This document shows positions 41,351 to 58,592 of a stretch of DNA of 64,000 nt, piece after piece. Location of the stretch: NCBI RefSeq assembly GCF_009914755.1, contig NC_060926.1; one strand, given 5' to 3'. How positions within the stretch are numbered: position 1 is the stretch's first letter; every line of letters begins with the position of its first letter. Origin of the DNA: the human T2T-CHM13v2.0 reference genome, Homo sapiens. The position numbers and the translations under genes were made by a program. Below the pieces are notes generated by a model, which saw only the letters and a program-made list of their open reading frames with translations, searched no databases and was not told where the DNA came from.

Positions 41351-43217
41351 CCCCTCACTCTGCCACAGAGCTTTCAGGCCCTGGACTACATGGCACAGCT
41401 TCCAAGGACCCGGCTGGTTTATTTTAAGATGATACGTGCTTGATAGTGCATGAAGGTGGAAATGTGAAACCCACTTTGATGTGGTAGTTACCATTGCGGC
41501 GCATTAACGCTGATGTGATTCAAAAGACCATATAATTTTTATGCTGCTATTAAACCTGCCACAAGCTGAAGCCTTGCCTGGTGCAACGTCTGTGTCGAGG
41601 CACCTCAGGGTGGACTGGTGCTGGGGATGGCAAGCCTGGGTCCTAGCTCCAGCTCTGCTCCATGAGACAGGGCCAAGTCACTCACCCTTCCTGAGACAGT
41701 ATGTTAATCCCTTGCAGAGCTTACTGCAAGCCATGCCCCTAGTAGCAATCACATTGCATTTATTAATAGAGCAGGGTGGACAGATCTGTGGGGCCTGGCC
41801 CTGCAGACCCAGAAGGTGGAGGAGAGCTTCTGTGGAGCTACCAGGTACAGGTGGAGAGGGCAGGTGTCTGTGAGGATTTTCTGCCTAGAGGGAGATCTTG
41901 GATATTGACAACGAACATTTTCCGGGTACTTTACAAAGTGCTTTCTCGTACACTTTCTCAGTTAATGTGAGCTTCCGTCAGAGTCTTCGTTTCAGCAGAT
42001 TTAAGCAGAAAAAGTAATCTAGAAAGTATTTGGGGGTGTGGGTAGCTCACAGAATTGCCGTAAATTTGAAGCATGAAGCTCAGAAATCAGGTGGGAACCA
42101 AGGGAAGAGAAGGCAGCCAGAAGCACAAATCACTCCCCAGGAATGAGAAGGTGAGGACCACACAGCTTCAGACGCTGGATCTTACCATGGGCAGCCTGGC
42201 CACATCCCATGCTGGATACCTGTCAACGCCAGATGACCTGTCACCGCAAACTGTCATCCCGTTGCCCCCTCAGCCACCTCGTGGGCCTAAGGGGCCTCCT
42301 CTGTGCCTGCTTTTTTATATTACTCACTCCAGAATTAATAACCCTCCTGCCCAGATCCCCAAAGTAAGGCCTGGATCATAGCTGGCACCTTGACTATCAG
42401 GGAGGTGGAAAAAAGTGGGTGTCCTTTTCAGCCTACAATGTGCCCATAAAGAGTTCTAGAGAAGGAATCTTCAATCCTATGGAAGTTGGATTGGATGTAG
42501 GGCAGAAAAGGGCAACTGTCTACAACCAGCTTGCATGAACACCTTGGAGTCTGGGTTATTATAAACTTATCCTACTTATTGAAGGATGCTGGGGGAGGGG
42601 GCTTTATATGAATCAGGGCTACTGAGATCTTTATATCGGGACCTCTGTGCAGCTCTGTCCTGACAACGTCACTTATTGCTCACGATTGGCATACCATTAG
42701 GGGATTGTTGGCCATCCCCTCTTCCCTCCATTCTTTCCTATGGGGCTAAAGGCAGGGAGGTGGGTCTCAAGTGGATGTGAGACCTAGAGCACACTCCCAC
42801 ATCCACTTGAAACTCATAGCCCTTACACTGTCATAGTCGTCCCTTTAAACCATAAAATAATGCTCTGTTTGTTTGTCCTTTGCAAAATATTTGCTGGGAA
42901 ACAAAGACCTTCAGTAGAAGCACAAGATTTTAAAGAGAGGAATGAAAGATGTAGCGAGGGGAAAAGAGCCAGGCTGGGAGGTGCACAGTTCACGCTGCAT
43001 GGTTCAGCCTCAGTGCCGTGAGCTCTGTGCACGAGGACAGTGCTGAGCAAGGCATGCCTGTGTCCCCACTGGACAGCTGAAGAGACTCAGGCAGAGCATG
43101 GACAGACCTAGTTCAGAGCCTGGCTGCACATAGTAGGCCCTCAATGAGAGGTGATGATGATGGTGGTGGTGACGGCAGAGCGAGGACTCACTTTGTCCAA
43201 CGACTACATATTACAGA

Positions 43218-43750
43218 TGTCAGGTTCACGACTATGCCAAAGGTCATGTTGAGGTCCAGAAGGAGTGGGTGGATGAGCAGAAAGAACATTCAGGGGACTG
43301 TAGGCAGGTGAATGATTTTATTCAGCAGCAGCTCACATCAGCAGCTTTCTCACACTGTCTGCCTTGTCTGGGCTGCTTCAGCTGGCAGCTCCCACATACA
43401 GCTGTGTGACCAGCTCTCCCCTGCCTTCAGGGTCAGCAGCTTAACTCTTTCACTCTCTGGGCACTAGGGGGCCAAGCTGTGTCCTGGCTTTCCCCGTCCG
43501 TCTCCAAAAACGGACATCTCTGGCTCTGTCTCTTTCTCTGGGCACCAGCGCACCTGCACAGGGTCAACAGGGCAGTTGTACCTTTTACAGACAATAGTGG
43601 CATAGAGCCAAGTGATGACGTTCCCACGTTATAGCTACATGGCTGTGATAACAAGTGGAGTTATACGCCTGCGGTCTATGCTGAGTCACGTGGGATGTAA
43701 ACATCCTACCTTGGCCTAACCTTGACCAAAGCACAGCCATGTTCCTTACA
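43218..43750 (-). mobile_element. LTR18 (LTR18B-like) solo LTR
   Basis: TG...CA termini, perfect TSD acaga at 43213-43217 and 43751-43755; reverse complement starts tgtaaggaacatggctgtgc. Confidence 0.85.
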
Positions 43751-43929
43751 ACAGATAAGGAAGCCAAGACACAGAGCGAGGGCCAGCGAGCTTTCCGGGG
43801 TGATCAGTAGGAAGGGGCAAGAAAGGGTTAAATCGTGGCCCAACACGCTTGCCACTGCAGCTAGATGCTGACACAGGTGATGGTAACAAGGCCCTAGAAC
43901 TCTAACGGGAAGATGAGTCATGGGGGGGG

Positions 43930-44200
43930 GGTCATTAAAATGCAGGCTCTGATTCAGTAGGCCTGGGGGCATTTCCAACCACACCTGGGGGCTGCTGGTC
44001 CCAGGCTGCACTTTGAGGAGCTGGGCTCTAGCAGCAGTTTGCCTCCCTGGGAGCACATTAGAATCACTTGGGGAGATTTCACAAATTACTGATGCTTGAG
44101 ACCCGAGATTCTAATTTAATTTGAGGTGGTTACAGGGTCAGAGGTCGTTTTTAAAGGTTCTCAAGTGTGTCTTATGTACAGTCAAGTTGAGAAGGGCTGT
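43930..44200. mobile_element. MER5 fragments
   Basis: tctgattcagtaggcctgggg; cacattagaatcacttggggagattt. Confidence 0.65.
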
Positions 44201-45289
44201 GTGAGTGGCTTGAAAACCATTGGTCGCCTGTGAAGAGGGCTTTTGAGAGCACCTGCAAGGACCGCCTCTCCTTCCTTCCAGCTGCTGCTTTGCTTGTGGG
44301 GCAAAGGCTCTCAGTCCGCAGTTCCAGCTAAGTTTAAATATGCAAATACCTCCGAAATGGCAAAGGTGAGGGCTTCTCTGAAGCGTGGCTCCTCACAGCA
44401 GGGCCTTCCACAATGAAGGGAAAGTGTACACAAGTGGGCTAGAGCAAGGAGGTAGCCTCCACGACTGCACACTTCTGCTGCTGGCCAAGTGACCCCCAGT
44501 TTAGGAGATATGACGTTTGGTGAGCACACGTCAGGACTGACCTGATTGAGGTTTGATACCAGAAGGTTGGAGAAGGGGTGCTGGCACAGAAAAGATGCAA
44601 CGAAGGAGACTCCCCAGGTAGTCCTGTCTCTGGTTCCTTGAGTTCTACCTTTCCCTCAAGGGCCTCTCTCTCCAGCCACTGCTGCCAGCATGACATCCTC
44701 CCAGGGGGCCTGGTTTCCCTTTAAGGTTGTGGCCTTAAAGTGATAATCCCACCCCAGCACACCTACAGCAGGCTGTAATTATCAAGGGGGTTGACATACC
44801 ACTCAAATCAAAGGCAGAACCAAAAGAAGTAAGTACTCCAAAGGAAAGGACATGGACTGAAGGGCTCTGGTGGTCGGAGGAGGTAGGGAAATACACTATT
44901 CTATGTCTTCTTGGAAATTGACAAGGCCCATTAGCAGATTCAGGTTCTGGGAAGTCCTGTGGGAAGTAAACCCAATGAGCTTTGTTCACACTAGTGTCGC
45001 CGAGTTCATTTGGCCACGGAACCCTCTTATGGCAGAATAACTCTTTATGTCTGCAAGGCCTGCTTTGGAATTGTGGATCTACTTTCCTGGAGGCTCAGCA
45101 ACAAGACTGCTGCCCAAATGCCTCCGATCTGGAGGTGCAGGTCTGGCTGGAGGCTGAGGTGTGGCCTTCATCACCTCTCAGCAGCCCTGCAGCCCAGAGA
45201 GCCCTCTGTGCCCTTCTTGGGGGACTCAAAAAAGTATAGGGCGCAGGAATGGAGCGTCCACTCCACCGCTCTTATATCTGACTGAGGTG

Positions 45290-45500
45290 TTAAGAGTATG
45301 AGCTGTGTCATCAGGGACCAGGCTTCAAGTCCTGGCTGTACTGCTTACTAGCTGTGTGGCCTTGGACAAACTTAACTCCTCTGGGCCTCTGTTCCCTCAC
45401 TGGTAAAAAAGGAATCGCTCCTACCTCAGAGTGTTGTTGTGAGAACCAATGAGACAGCTTATATAAAGTACTTAGCACACTGCCTAGCAGATAACAGTTC
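45290..45500 (+). mobile_element. MIR (near full length)
   Basis: cttactagctgtgtggccttggacaaacttaactcctctgggcctctgttccctcac...cttagcacactgcctagc. Confidence 0.9.
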
Positions 45501-46007
45501 ATAAAATGTTTTTCTAAAATGTTTTGTTTGACCAAAGTAGTTGGCATGAAAAAAAAAACTTTTGTTGTGCCAGTCTCTCCCCATGCAATCCCACCTGTCC
45601 TTGGAGGCCAACGCCAGTGCGTCTCCCAGGAAAGCCTTTCTTGACTCCCTGACCCTCACGGAGTGGACCCTTCTCTGTGCATTTGACCATGCTCTGCCTT
45701 GCTCCTGGGCCATCTCCCTGAGGGTGAGGGGCCATGCTAGAGGAAGTCTAGGCTGCATAAATGCCGAAACAGTGGTGGATCTAGCACATGAAGAGTTGAG
45801 AGCCTGGGAACTAGGGGAGGTGTCCCTCCTTCTTGAACTGTGGGGCTGAAGGGGAACTGTCAGCCTTGAGTTTGCCTCTGAGGTAGCCCCTTTCTTGCTA
45901 TGAAGAAACCTGTTGTGGTCATTTGACTCATTCTCTGTGTATGCAGCCCTGCATACTTTGGTGTTATTCCTGTTGCAAAAGTCCCGATACTTTTCTCCGT
46001 CACTGAT

Positions 46008-46314
46008 GTTTTGTTTTGAGACAGGGTCTTGCTCTGTTGCCCAGGCTGGAGTGCAATGGCACAATTAGCTCATTGCAGCCTTGACCTCCTGGGTTCAAGC
46101 TATCCTCCCACCTCAGCCTCCCAAGTAGCTGGTACTACAGGCGCACTCCATCATGCCTGGCTAACATATTTATATTCTGTTTGTTTGTTTGTTTTTTAGA
46201 GACAGGGTCTCACTCTATTGCCCAGGCTGATCTCGCACTCCTAGGCTCAAGCAATTCTCCTGCCTTGGCCTCCCAAAGTGATGGGATTACAGGTATGAGC
46301 CACTGCACCTGGCC
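46008..46314 (-). mobile_element. AluJ
   Basis: Dimer with J diagnostics. Confidence 0.95.
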
Positions 46315-47674
46315 TGTCAGTAATTTGATTATTTTTTAAGATCAACTGGATGACCAGGTGCTCTCAGAGACTACATTTTTGTAGCCTGAAGTCAGTATTT
46401 ATGGTTTCCGTATAAGGAGGCTTTGGAGAGACACTAAAAGACAAAAGTCAAAGCCCTGAATGCTGACTGCTGTGCACTGCCTGACGCCCCTGCACCACTG
46501 AGCGGGTGTGGAGGATGCAGGGTCTCCCTCTGAGATCCTGGCAGGAAGGGAAGCTTGCCTGAGTCTTGTCTTGCCAGGGACTCTGCTCTTTCTGGACAAT
46601 TTCTCAGAGCTCTAGACCCCTTCTCTGGAGGAAGACCTTCATTACCACCCCAGCCCACCCATACCCCATCCCAGGGTGAATGGAGGCTGGAGCTGGTTTC
46701 TTCTTCCTCTGACAGTGTCAGCTGGGTCCCTGCTGCAGTGAGTACTGGAGCTGAGCCCAGTGGGGTCCAGGTGTGGTCTGAGGAGCCATGGAGGCACAGC
46801 AAAGTCATCTCCACATTCCACCCAGCCCCTTGTGGAGCAAGGCAGCTCTGCTCCCACCAGGCAATCAGGCAAAGATTCACTAAGTGGGATCCAGCAACTC
46901 AGCCACACCCAGAGGCTTCCATGGCTCCTATATTCCACAGGGCTGCCAGGGCACCAGGGGAGAAGGGGAATCCTGATCTGAGACCTGGCCAAGCTGTGTC
47001 ATCTACTGCCTGTGTCCAGACAACATAAACTGTCTGAGTCCTTAGGCAGGGTCTTTTCTGAATGACGGTTCATCCCACTGAAGTCACTCCTGAGTGAGTC
47101 TCAGAATCATGAACAGAGGAATTGTGAAACCTGGTGACTCCCAGGGAGGTCAAATGTTTTGCCCCAAAGCCTCAGCTCGTTAAGGGAACTAGTGGGGTTG
47201 GAACTCAAGTCTCCCAAACATTTGGGTCTCTCCCTCTCACTGCCGCGGACTGTTGATGACCAGAAAGGAGACACTGTTTCCACACGGCCCCCACTTGAGA
47301 GCCCACACACAGGCAGGCATTCGTGTTAGCATAGCCGCCTCCCCTCCAGACCTGGAGTCCACATGTTAGGTATGAATACCCACATATGTGCACATGTGCA
47401 CATTTCTTTCTTCTCTGCTTTCAAACAGCAGAGTTTGAGAAATGGAAACCAAGGAACTGCTTTGGTTCTTGATTTTCACTCTGTCCTCCTACCCAGCCTC
47501 CTACCCGGCCTCTACCCTCCTACCTGGGCCTGCAGTAACTGCTGCTGGTAACTTGGGGATTCCCAGAAGGGAAGGGGTTGGAGCTTGTATGTACCTTCTT
47601 CCCAGGGGAGAGGGGAGGGGTGATGTAGGCAACTTAGAGGAAAGTAAATGACTTGGGGAAAGATGGATGAGCCT

Positions 47675-47952
47675 AAGAAGAGTAGGTGACAGCCAGTGAC
47701 AAAGTCTGTCTTGGTATGGTGTCTACCCCCTGTCTCCTGTCCTGTGACATGGGCCAGTATTCCCCTGGTTGATGAGATTCCTGGGGAGGAGACTCATGAC
47801 CATGGTGTTCTGGTTGGAGGATCTGTCTTTTGGCCGATAAGGGGAGCTCAGAGAACGCCTCTGCCTGCATCTGCTGTCTCCCACGTGCCCTTGGTTGCAA
47901 GCAATCAACATACCAAAGTGGCATATTTTGGGGTGGCATTTCCTTTCCTAAA
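47675..47952 (-). mobile_element. MER34-family ERV1 LTR, 5' part
   Basis: Reverse complement atgccaccccaaaatatgccactttggtatgttgatt. Confidence 0.8.
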
Positions 47953-48101
47953 CTCCCTCAAACCCAACTCCACCGTCTCCCCCTCCTGCCTGCCTGCTCC
48001 CTCTACCCTGATAAAATGATGATGCATTTAGAAGATGAACGATTGCCTGGACCCAAGTGGAACTGCAGAGGACACCCCTACCCAGACCTCCAGTCCCAGC
48101 C

Positions 48102-48109
48102 TGACGTCA
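48102..48109. promoter_or_regulatory. full palindromic CRE (TGACGTCA)
   Basis: Exact 8-mer within the 10-bp palindrome ctgacgtcag; function untested. Confidence 0.25.
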
Positions 48110-48551
48110 GAGGGGATCCGGTCAGAGAGACCTAGTGCCGAGAGGAGCAGAGAGCCCCGAGGGAAGGCTCCAGGGCCCAGGCAAAGCCTTTTTGGCACTA
48201 CCCCTGCAACACACATGGGTGCCCTGAGGCTGATGGCATTGTCCTCTAAGAGCCAGGTAGATCCCTTCCAGCATCTTGATTGGTGGCTGTCCTCAAGGGG
48301 TAACTTTGTAGCCTAGAGCAAGGCCAGGTTGTGATAGTCCTGAAACTTCACCATTAGTGCTTCTAGAGGCACATCTTCACCCCAGACTGTAAATGCACAC
48401 CCATAGTCAGACAAAATAAGGAGTGTGCCCTGAGGAGACCCACACATGTTGGTAGCCTTTGCCTTGAGGCCCTGGCCATATCCCATGGGGCTGGCAACTC
48501 GGTGTACGGCTGCAAATGGGGAGGATTCAGCTTGGGTCAGGCAGAAGAGCA

Positions 48552-48810
48552 TTTTTTTTTTTTTTTTTTTGAGACGAAGTCTTGCTCTGTCCCCCAGGCT
48601 GGAGTGCAGTGGTGGGATCTCAGCTCACTGTAATCTCCACCTCCTGCCTCCACCTCTAATTCTTGTCCTTCAGCCTCCTGAGTGGCTGGAATTACAGGTG
48701 TGCGCCACCACGCCCGGCTAATTTTTGTATTTCTAGTAGAGACGGGGTTTCACCATGTTGGCCAGGCTGGTCTCTAACTCCCAACCTCAGGTAATCCACC
48801 CGCCACAGCG
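48552..48810 (-). mobile_element. AluS, 5' truncated
   Basis: Poly-T, right arm and part of left arm. Confidence 0.93.
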
Positions 48811-49896
48811 CTGGCCAGGAAGAATATCATTTGATTGTACAGGGTTCTGTCCAGCAAGGCATGCCTCTAGATTTGGGGTGGGGGTAAATGTTCAGTGGAT
48901 CCAAGAGCCTCAGTGTGGGGAGGTGATGCAGACCCCATCCCCCATTTAACGATTTCCCTAGGGCTAACCCCACGCACAACCCAGAGCATCAGATTTATAT
49001 CTCAGAAGTTCAACTTTTACTGTACCTCACCACACGTGGCTTGCAGGTCATACATCATTGCCTTCTGTTCTGTTTCCCTTTGAAAAGGTCTATCTTTTCG
49101 CTTGGCTGGGATAACTGTCTCCTTATTTTTGTCAACTCCTGGAACTTTTTTTCCTGTGGCTCTAACTTTGCCGTTGTGGCCTGACACAGAAATGTTTCAT
49201 CTTGAAGGTCTAGAAAAAGCAATGTTTTCTTCTAGCATAACTTGATTCTGTAATCTTGGCTTTTCCTGATATGTCGGAATTGTTCCATGTAACCAGGGGA
49301 CTTCTCATGCTGTTACTAAGAGCTATTATGCCCTTCCTCAAGGTACTAGTTTTCTTGTTTACATTCCTTAATGTAGTGTATACACATAGCCCTAGACACA
49401 CTCTGCTTGTGTCTAATTAAATTCAAGTACCTTTTTCATCAGGTTTGACTTCCCAGTTAGCTAAACAGTCTTCCCATAAGGAGAAGCAGTCACAGTACAG
49501 GCGGTTCTTCTTTACCTTTTTGGTAACTGGCCTAAAAAACACACACACAGTTTTTCCATTTTATCAAGATAATTCCAGCATTGTCTTTATTAGGTTGAGT
49601 ACTTAGAAAAGCTGACCTGTAAAAGGGTTAAGGTTTTTACATCCATGTAACTTTCTGTATTGTTTTTAAGGTCTTTTGATGATCACTCTGGTTAAACAAA
49701 TAAGTATTGTTTTATAATGACCTGTGATTCTGTTTTTATCAAGTGTTTGGAAACTTTTGACATCTTTGATAGGTTTCCCCAGCATCAAAATACTAAATTA
49801 AGTCTTTTTGGCCTAGAATTAACTTTGGCATTTTCAAGTTAGGCCCCTGGAAATCTTCAAAGAATGTATCTCTCATCCTGTAGAGATATTAAATGA

Positions 49897-50180
<284 letters not shown>

Positions 50181-50481
50181 TGATATAAATGTTCCCCAAA
50201 TTATATAATGTTATAAAAATCTAAAATGTTATCAGTCATAATTTTGTTATGTTAAATCTTTTCTAAAGTTATATTTGTATAGGTATGTTATTAATGTGAA
50301 TATTCTAATGATTATATTAAATTTATCAAAGTCTTGACGATCCTGATGTGATATGGTCAGTCATAATTCTGGTTGTTATCTTAAAATGCTGCACATAATA
50401 GAAATAATTAAATTTCTTTGTCAGTTGAACACTTTCATAGATTTAACCATGGCTATTTTAAGTTGTCGTCATCCACAGCTA

Positions 50482-50829
50482 TTTTATTTTATTTTATTTT
50501 ATTTTATTTTATTTTATTTTATTTTATTTTATTTTATTTTATTTTTTGAGACAGAGTCTCACTGTTACCTAGGCTGGAGTACAGTGGCACAATCTCGGCT
50601 CACTGAAGCCTCTGCCTTCTAGATTCAAGAGATTCTTGTGCCTCAGCCTCCCGCGTAGCTAGGATTAGAGGCACGTGCCACCATGCCTGGCTAATTTTTG
50701 TATTTTTGGTAGAGACATGGTTTCACCATGTTTGCCAGGCCAGTCTCAAACTAGCCTCAAGTCATCTACCTGCCTTGGCTTCCCAAAGTTCTGGGATTAC
50801 AGGACAGGTATGAGCCACCATGCCTGGCC
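50482..50829 (-). mobile_element. Alu (old S/J) with (ATTTT)n tail
   Basis: Dimer, degenerate TSD gtcat..gctatt. Confidence 0.95.
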
Positions 50830-50954
50830 TGTCATTCATGCTATTGTTTTAAATTCTTCTCTAAAAGCATTTGCAGTGATCTATAGTCCTAAATTGATTT
50901 TCATGAAGAATACTCTAATGGGTATTCCTGAATACAGATTTCTGATAACTTTAA

Positions 50955-51300
<346 letters not shown>

Positions 51301-51399
51301 CGAGAGGATATTTCCTGTCATAGTTGAAGTGTGCACTGGCTTTAAGTTCCCTGCCTCTAGACCCTATTTTCCTGCCTCACCTCCTCCAACTTTCCATCC

Positions 51400-52760
51400 A
51401 CCCCTGCCAAACTCTTTTCTTTCCTATTCCAGACCCTCAGTCACTTGAGCTTTTGGCTCCACTGATCTCAAGGGACTGAGGGTCCCCCAGGTCAACTCTC
51501 TGAAGCTGAAAAGGAAAAGGGTTAATTAGAAATAACTGGATATTTTATCCACTCAGATGGTCTTTGGAGACATTCAGACAGCTGCTAGAGTCTCCTCAGT
51601 AATTGCCTAAAATTTAGTCCACAGCCTCCATATGACCTCTGATAATAAGCAAATAACACCAAAACTCCTTCTGGGAGAAAATATATCCTTTCTCCGTGCC
51701 TTTAATATGTAAATTTTCTACCCTGTCTTCTCTAGGACCTAAGCAGCATCTTTTTGAGATGCAAATTTTGGGGAGAAGATGCTCAGAAGAAGGTGGGGGA
51801 GGGGAGAAAGCTATTTAGAAACCAACTGGCATTTTTAAAAATTTCAAGTCTTTACCACAAGTAGTAAAAAGCTTTATCCATCTGAGAGAGTAATCTTAAC
51901 TTATTCCATCTGCCAGAAACATAATTTAGATCCAATTACTCTTTTATAAACTAGGGAGTTTTATGTTACGGTACCTGGCACATGGCTAAAATTTTTAAAT
52001 AAAAACTTGAAGATTTCTGTTTGCATCTATCTGTTTATGTATATCTGTGTATGTATAGTATGCATATGTGGTGTTTTCTCTACCTCTGGATGGTACTGCC
52101 AAATACCAAACTCGTATTGAGTGCTCTTATGTTCATGGCAATAAAGTTATTTGTACAAATTCAATTAAAATCTGTTCTCCTTTTAACAAGATACAATTGG
52201 TAAAAGGCCTTCACTGGGATGTCATAGTTGAGAATGATGTGCATAGAATCAGATTTGACTAGATAAGTTTTAAGAAGCTAAGGTTAAATTTGTGGACTCA
52301 ATAAAACCCCTTGGAAAAAAAAAATCCTGGTACTTTGCATGCAGGGTTCTTTTACATGATTCCCTTACAGGTGAGTAAGGCAAGTCACTTCCGGTCAGAT
52401 CCAGGAACCTCAGGATAATTTGGGGACCTCGATAAGAGAGGAATTCACCCAGATCTATATGTATTACAGGGAAAATCTGACGGTAAGTCTATAACTTGGC
52501 TTCCTAGCCTAGAGTGACTTTTAAAATTATACTCTAAGATTCCTTATGAGAAGTTCTAGCAAAGCAGATTTTAAAAGAGCATATATGATCAATCTATTCT
52601 TTCTGTGCTTCTGTAAATAAGTAGGCCAAATACAATGATTCTAAACTGACTTTTGCAAACAAATTAGTCTTACTGTGATTATCTGTGATTGAAATAGGGG
52701 TTACTTTAGAGAGAAAAATTATGTTTCAAGAGAGAATTACACTGCATCGTTATTAGATTT
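51400..52760 (+). mobile_element. MER4-group ERV1 internal sequence (leader-like plus 3' segments)
   Basis: 52360-52700 aligns in reverse with about 60200-60815 (gattccttatga.aagttc.agcaaagc). Confidence 0.75.
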
Positions 52761-52803
52761 GTTAAATCAAGTTTAGCCTAAAGCTGCCTTATTACATATT
52801 TCA
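52760..52803 (+). mobile_element. MER57-type LTR 5' stub
   Basis: tgttaaatcaagtttagcctaaagctgccttattacatatt matches the recalled MER57 start. Confidence 0.7.
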
Positions 52804-53227
52804 ATACACTTGGTCTCTACCAGAGAGCTCCCCCTTTTTCCTCTAACCATTGGCAACTCAAAACCCAAAATCCAATCTCATGACTTTTGAGTTTATAGTA
52901 GGGTGAGAAAACGGTATGTGCTATCTTACCAGGCAACACCAGAATCCTGCTTAGAAAGGAAATTGTCTTGGTTTAGGAAAATACTGTTACAACCATCTGG
53001 TTATGAGAAGGTAGGCCCCGAGGCAGGACCTGGAAGGAAGAAGCTGTAGAAAGTGAGGGCTGAATTTCTTTTCACAAGACATGGCAGAATGGGATGGGGC
53101 TGGGGGAAGCATTTGCTCATGAAAGGGGAAGGGCAGAGAGACCCAGTGACATGGCAGAAGCAGGTTGGCAGATGCACAGTAGAGACTTTTAAACACAAGC
53201 TGTCTACGTTTTAAGATGTTTGTGTAA

Positions 53228-53590
<363 letters not shown>

Positions 53591-53774
53591 CAAAAGAGCC
53601 TTTGGTGTGTGCCTTTTTACTTTTGCTTTTGCCTTTATTTGTTTTAAGATAAGCCAAGGAGAGGGGCCAAGTTCTGTGGCTGGCACAGGGCAGGGTGAGC
53701 ACATTTGGGATGAAGAGATGCCTTATAAACTGCATCTGTTTCGGGGAGCCTGGAACCTGAGGTGAGTACGACAC

Positions 53775-54000
53775 TCAGTGTTTCTCTAAGTGCTTTTCTG
53801 AACACTTTGCTCATAACTTCGTTTAATCCTCACAACAATCCAATGAGGTATAGGTCATTAACCTCGTTTTACAGATGAGGAACCCGAGGCACAGAGAGGT
53901 TACCTAACTTGCCCAAGTTCACACAGATGGTGAATTAGCATTCCAACCCAGGCAGCCTGACTCCACAGTCCCTATTCTACTCACTGAGCCACACTGCCCC
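53775..54000 (-). mobile_element. MIR
   Basis: tttaatcctcacaacaa...ttttacagatgaggaacccgaggcacagagaggtt. Confidence 0.9.
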
Positions 54001-54259
54001 CTATCCTCAGCCGGTCTGCAGTGAGATTATAAAGTCTGCCTTCTTGCCAAGAATGCAAAGAAAACTCTGGACAGGAATGGGAGTTCAAGGAGTTCTTATT
54101 GAACTCTGATGGGGACAGGGTGACCCCAGGTCACACTTGGGCTGTCCCTTGTCATTCCATTGGTCCGTGCCCTCTTCCCAACTCGGCTGGCTCCTGGAGG
54201 GTACTATCGGTACAATGTGCCTTTACCAAATAATATCATACCCCACATTTGTAGTGGGA

Positions 54260-54871
<612 letters not shown>

Positions 54872-55380
54872 TGCAAATGGTCCTGAGCTGGAAATACACA
54901 GTATCAGGATTATTTCCTCAGCTTCAGGGCAAGACTCCTTGGGATTCAGCATTAACCACTAATCTTGGGTTTGTCCTTCCTGAAAAAGACTCTGGTCACG
55001 GGATAATTGTTGCACGTTCATCCCCAAGGCCATTTTTATATAAGTGCAGAGTTGACACTCAAGCTCTCGCTGTTCTGATTAACATTGCTCCTTGCAAAGA
55101 AAGAAAAATGGCCTTCGATTAACTTCTGCTCCAGCTCAGAGACAGCCCAGTCCAATCAAAAGCCACTTTAGCTAAGGGAGAAAGGGGTGGCACAGAGCAG
55201 CCATCTCCCTGATCCTAATTGATTTTTTCCTTCCAATTTCTCCTTTATTTAAGAACCTCTTCCTCAGAAATGATAGACTGATGGCATTGTCTTGTATCCA
55301 GGGACCTTCTCAGCAAATGCATCCAAGGCTTTGAACAAAGGGGCAGCTGTCCATCTAAATGCTGCAGGCTTTCACAATCA

Positions 55381-56170
<790 letters not shown>

Positions 56171-56171
56171 T

Positions 56172-57440
<1,269 letters not shown>

Positions 57441-57494
57441 ACATTGTTACCAAGCAGTGGGCTTACTGCCTGGCATGCATAGAAAGCCAATGCT

Positions 57495-58035
<541 letters not shown>

Positions 58036-58592
58036 AAAGCCAATGCTATGGCACTGGCTTCTCAGAAAAGAAAGGCTTTAGTGCAAGGTGGACCAGCAAG
58101 GAGACAGGAGACGCAGCTCAAATGTGTCTCTGCGATTTGAGGTCTGGGGAAAGCTTTAAGGAGCTGATGTGCAAGGGAAAATATTATAGACGTTGGGTTG
58201 GCAGGGTCTGATTGGAGAGCTTCAAATGTGATCATTTATGGTAAGGTATGTGGAGGCAGATTTCAGCATCAGATTTTCCTGGCCAATGGACCCTCACTTC
58301 TGAAAGAGTTTTGGTGTTCAGGTTCTGGTCATATATTTCTGGTTCCATAGGAAGAAACCATTGGTTCTAAGTGTCGTTAGAGGTCAAAGCTTTTTCTATT
58401 GTGCATGCCCAAGCTACATCACTTGCAGTTTGGGCTGTGTTATACCTAAAAGATAACTAGACTGCAGTTACATTAAGCACAAGAGAGTTGGTAAGTGCAT
58501 GCTTAATTTAAAAGAAACTGCCAAACCATGTTCCAAAGTGACTGCACATTTTGCATTCCCAACAGCAATGTGTGAGGGGCCATTTGTTCCAC

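Noticed and set aside
45459-46064. Longest ORF (201 aa, minus strand)
   Set aside because: Starts in an AluJ, ends in a MIR and has no recognisable domain.
46434-47028. Overlapping 148-aa and 157-aa ORFs on both strands
   Set aside because: GC-rich, stop-poor sequence with no domain or convincing splice structure.
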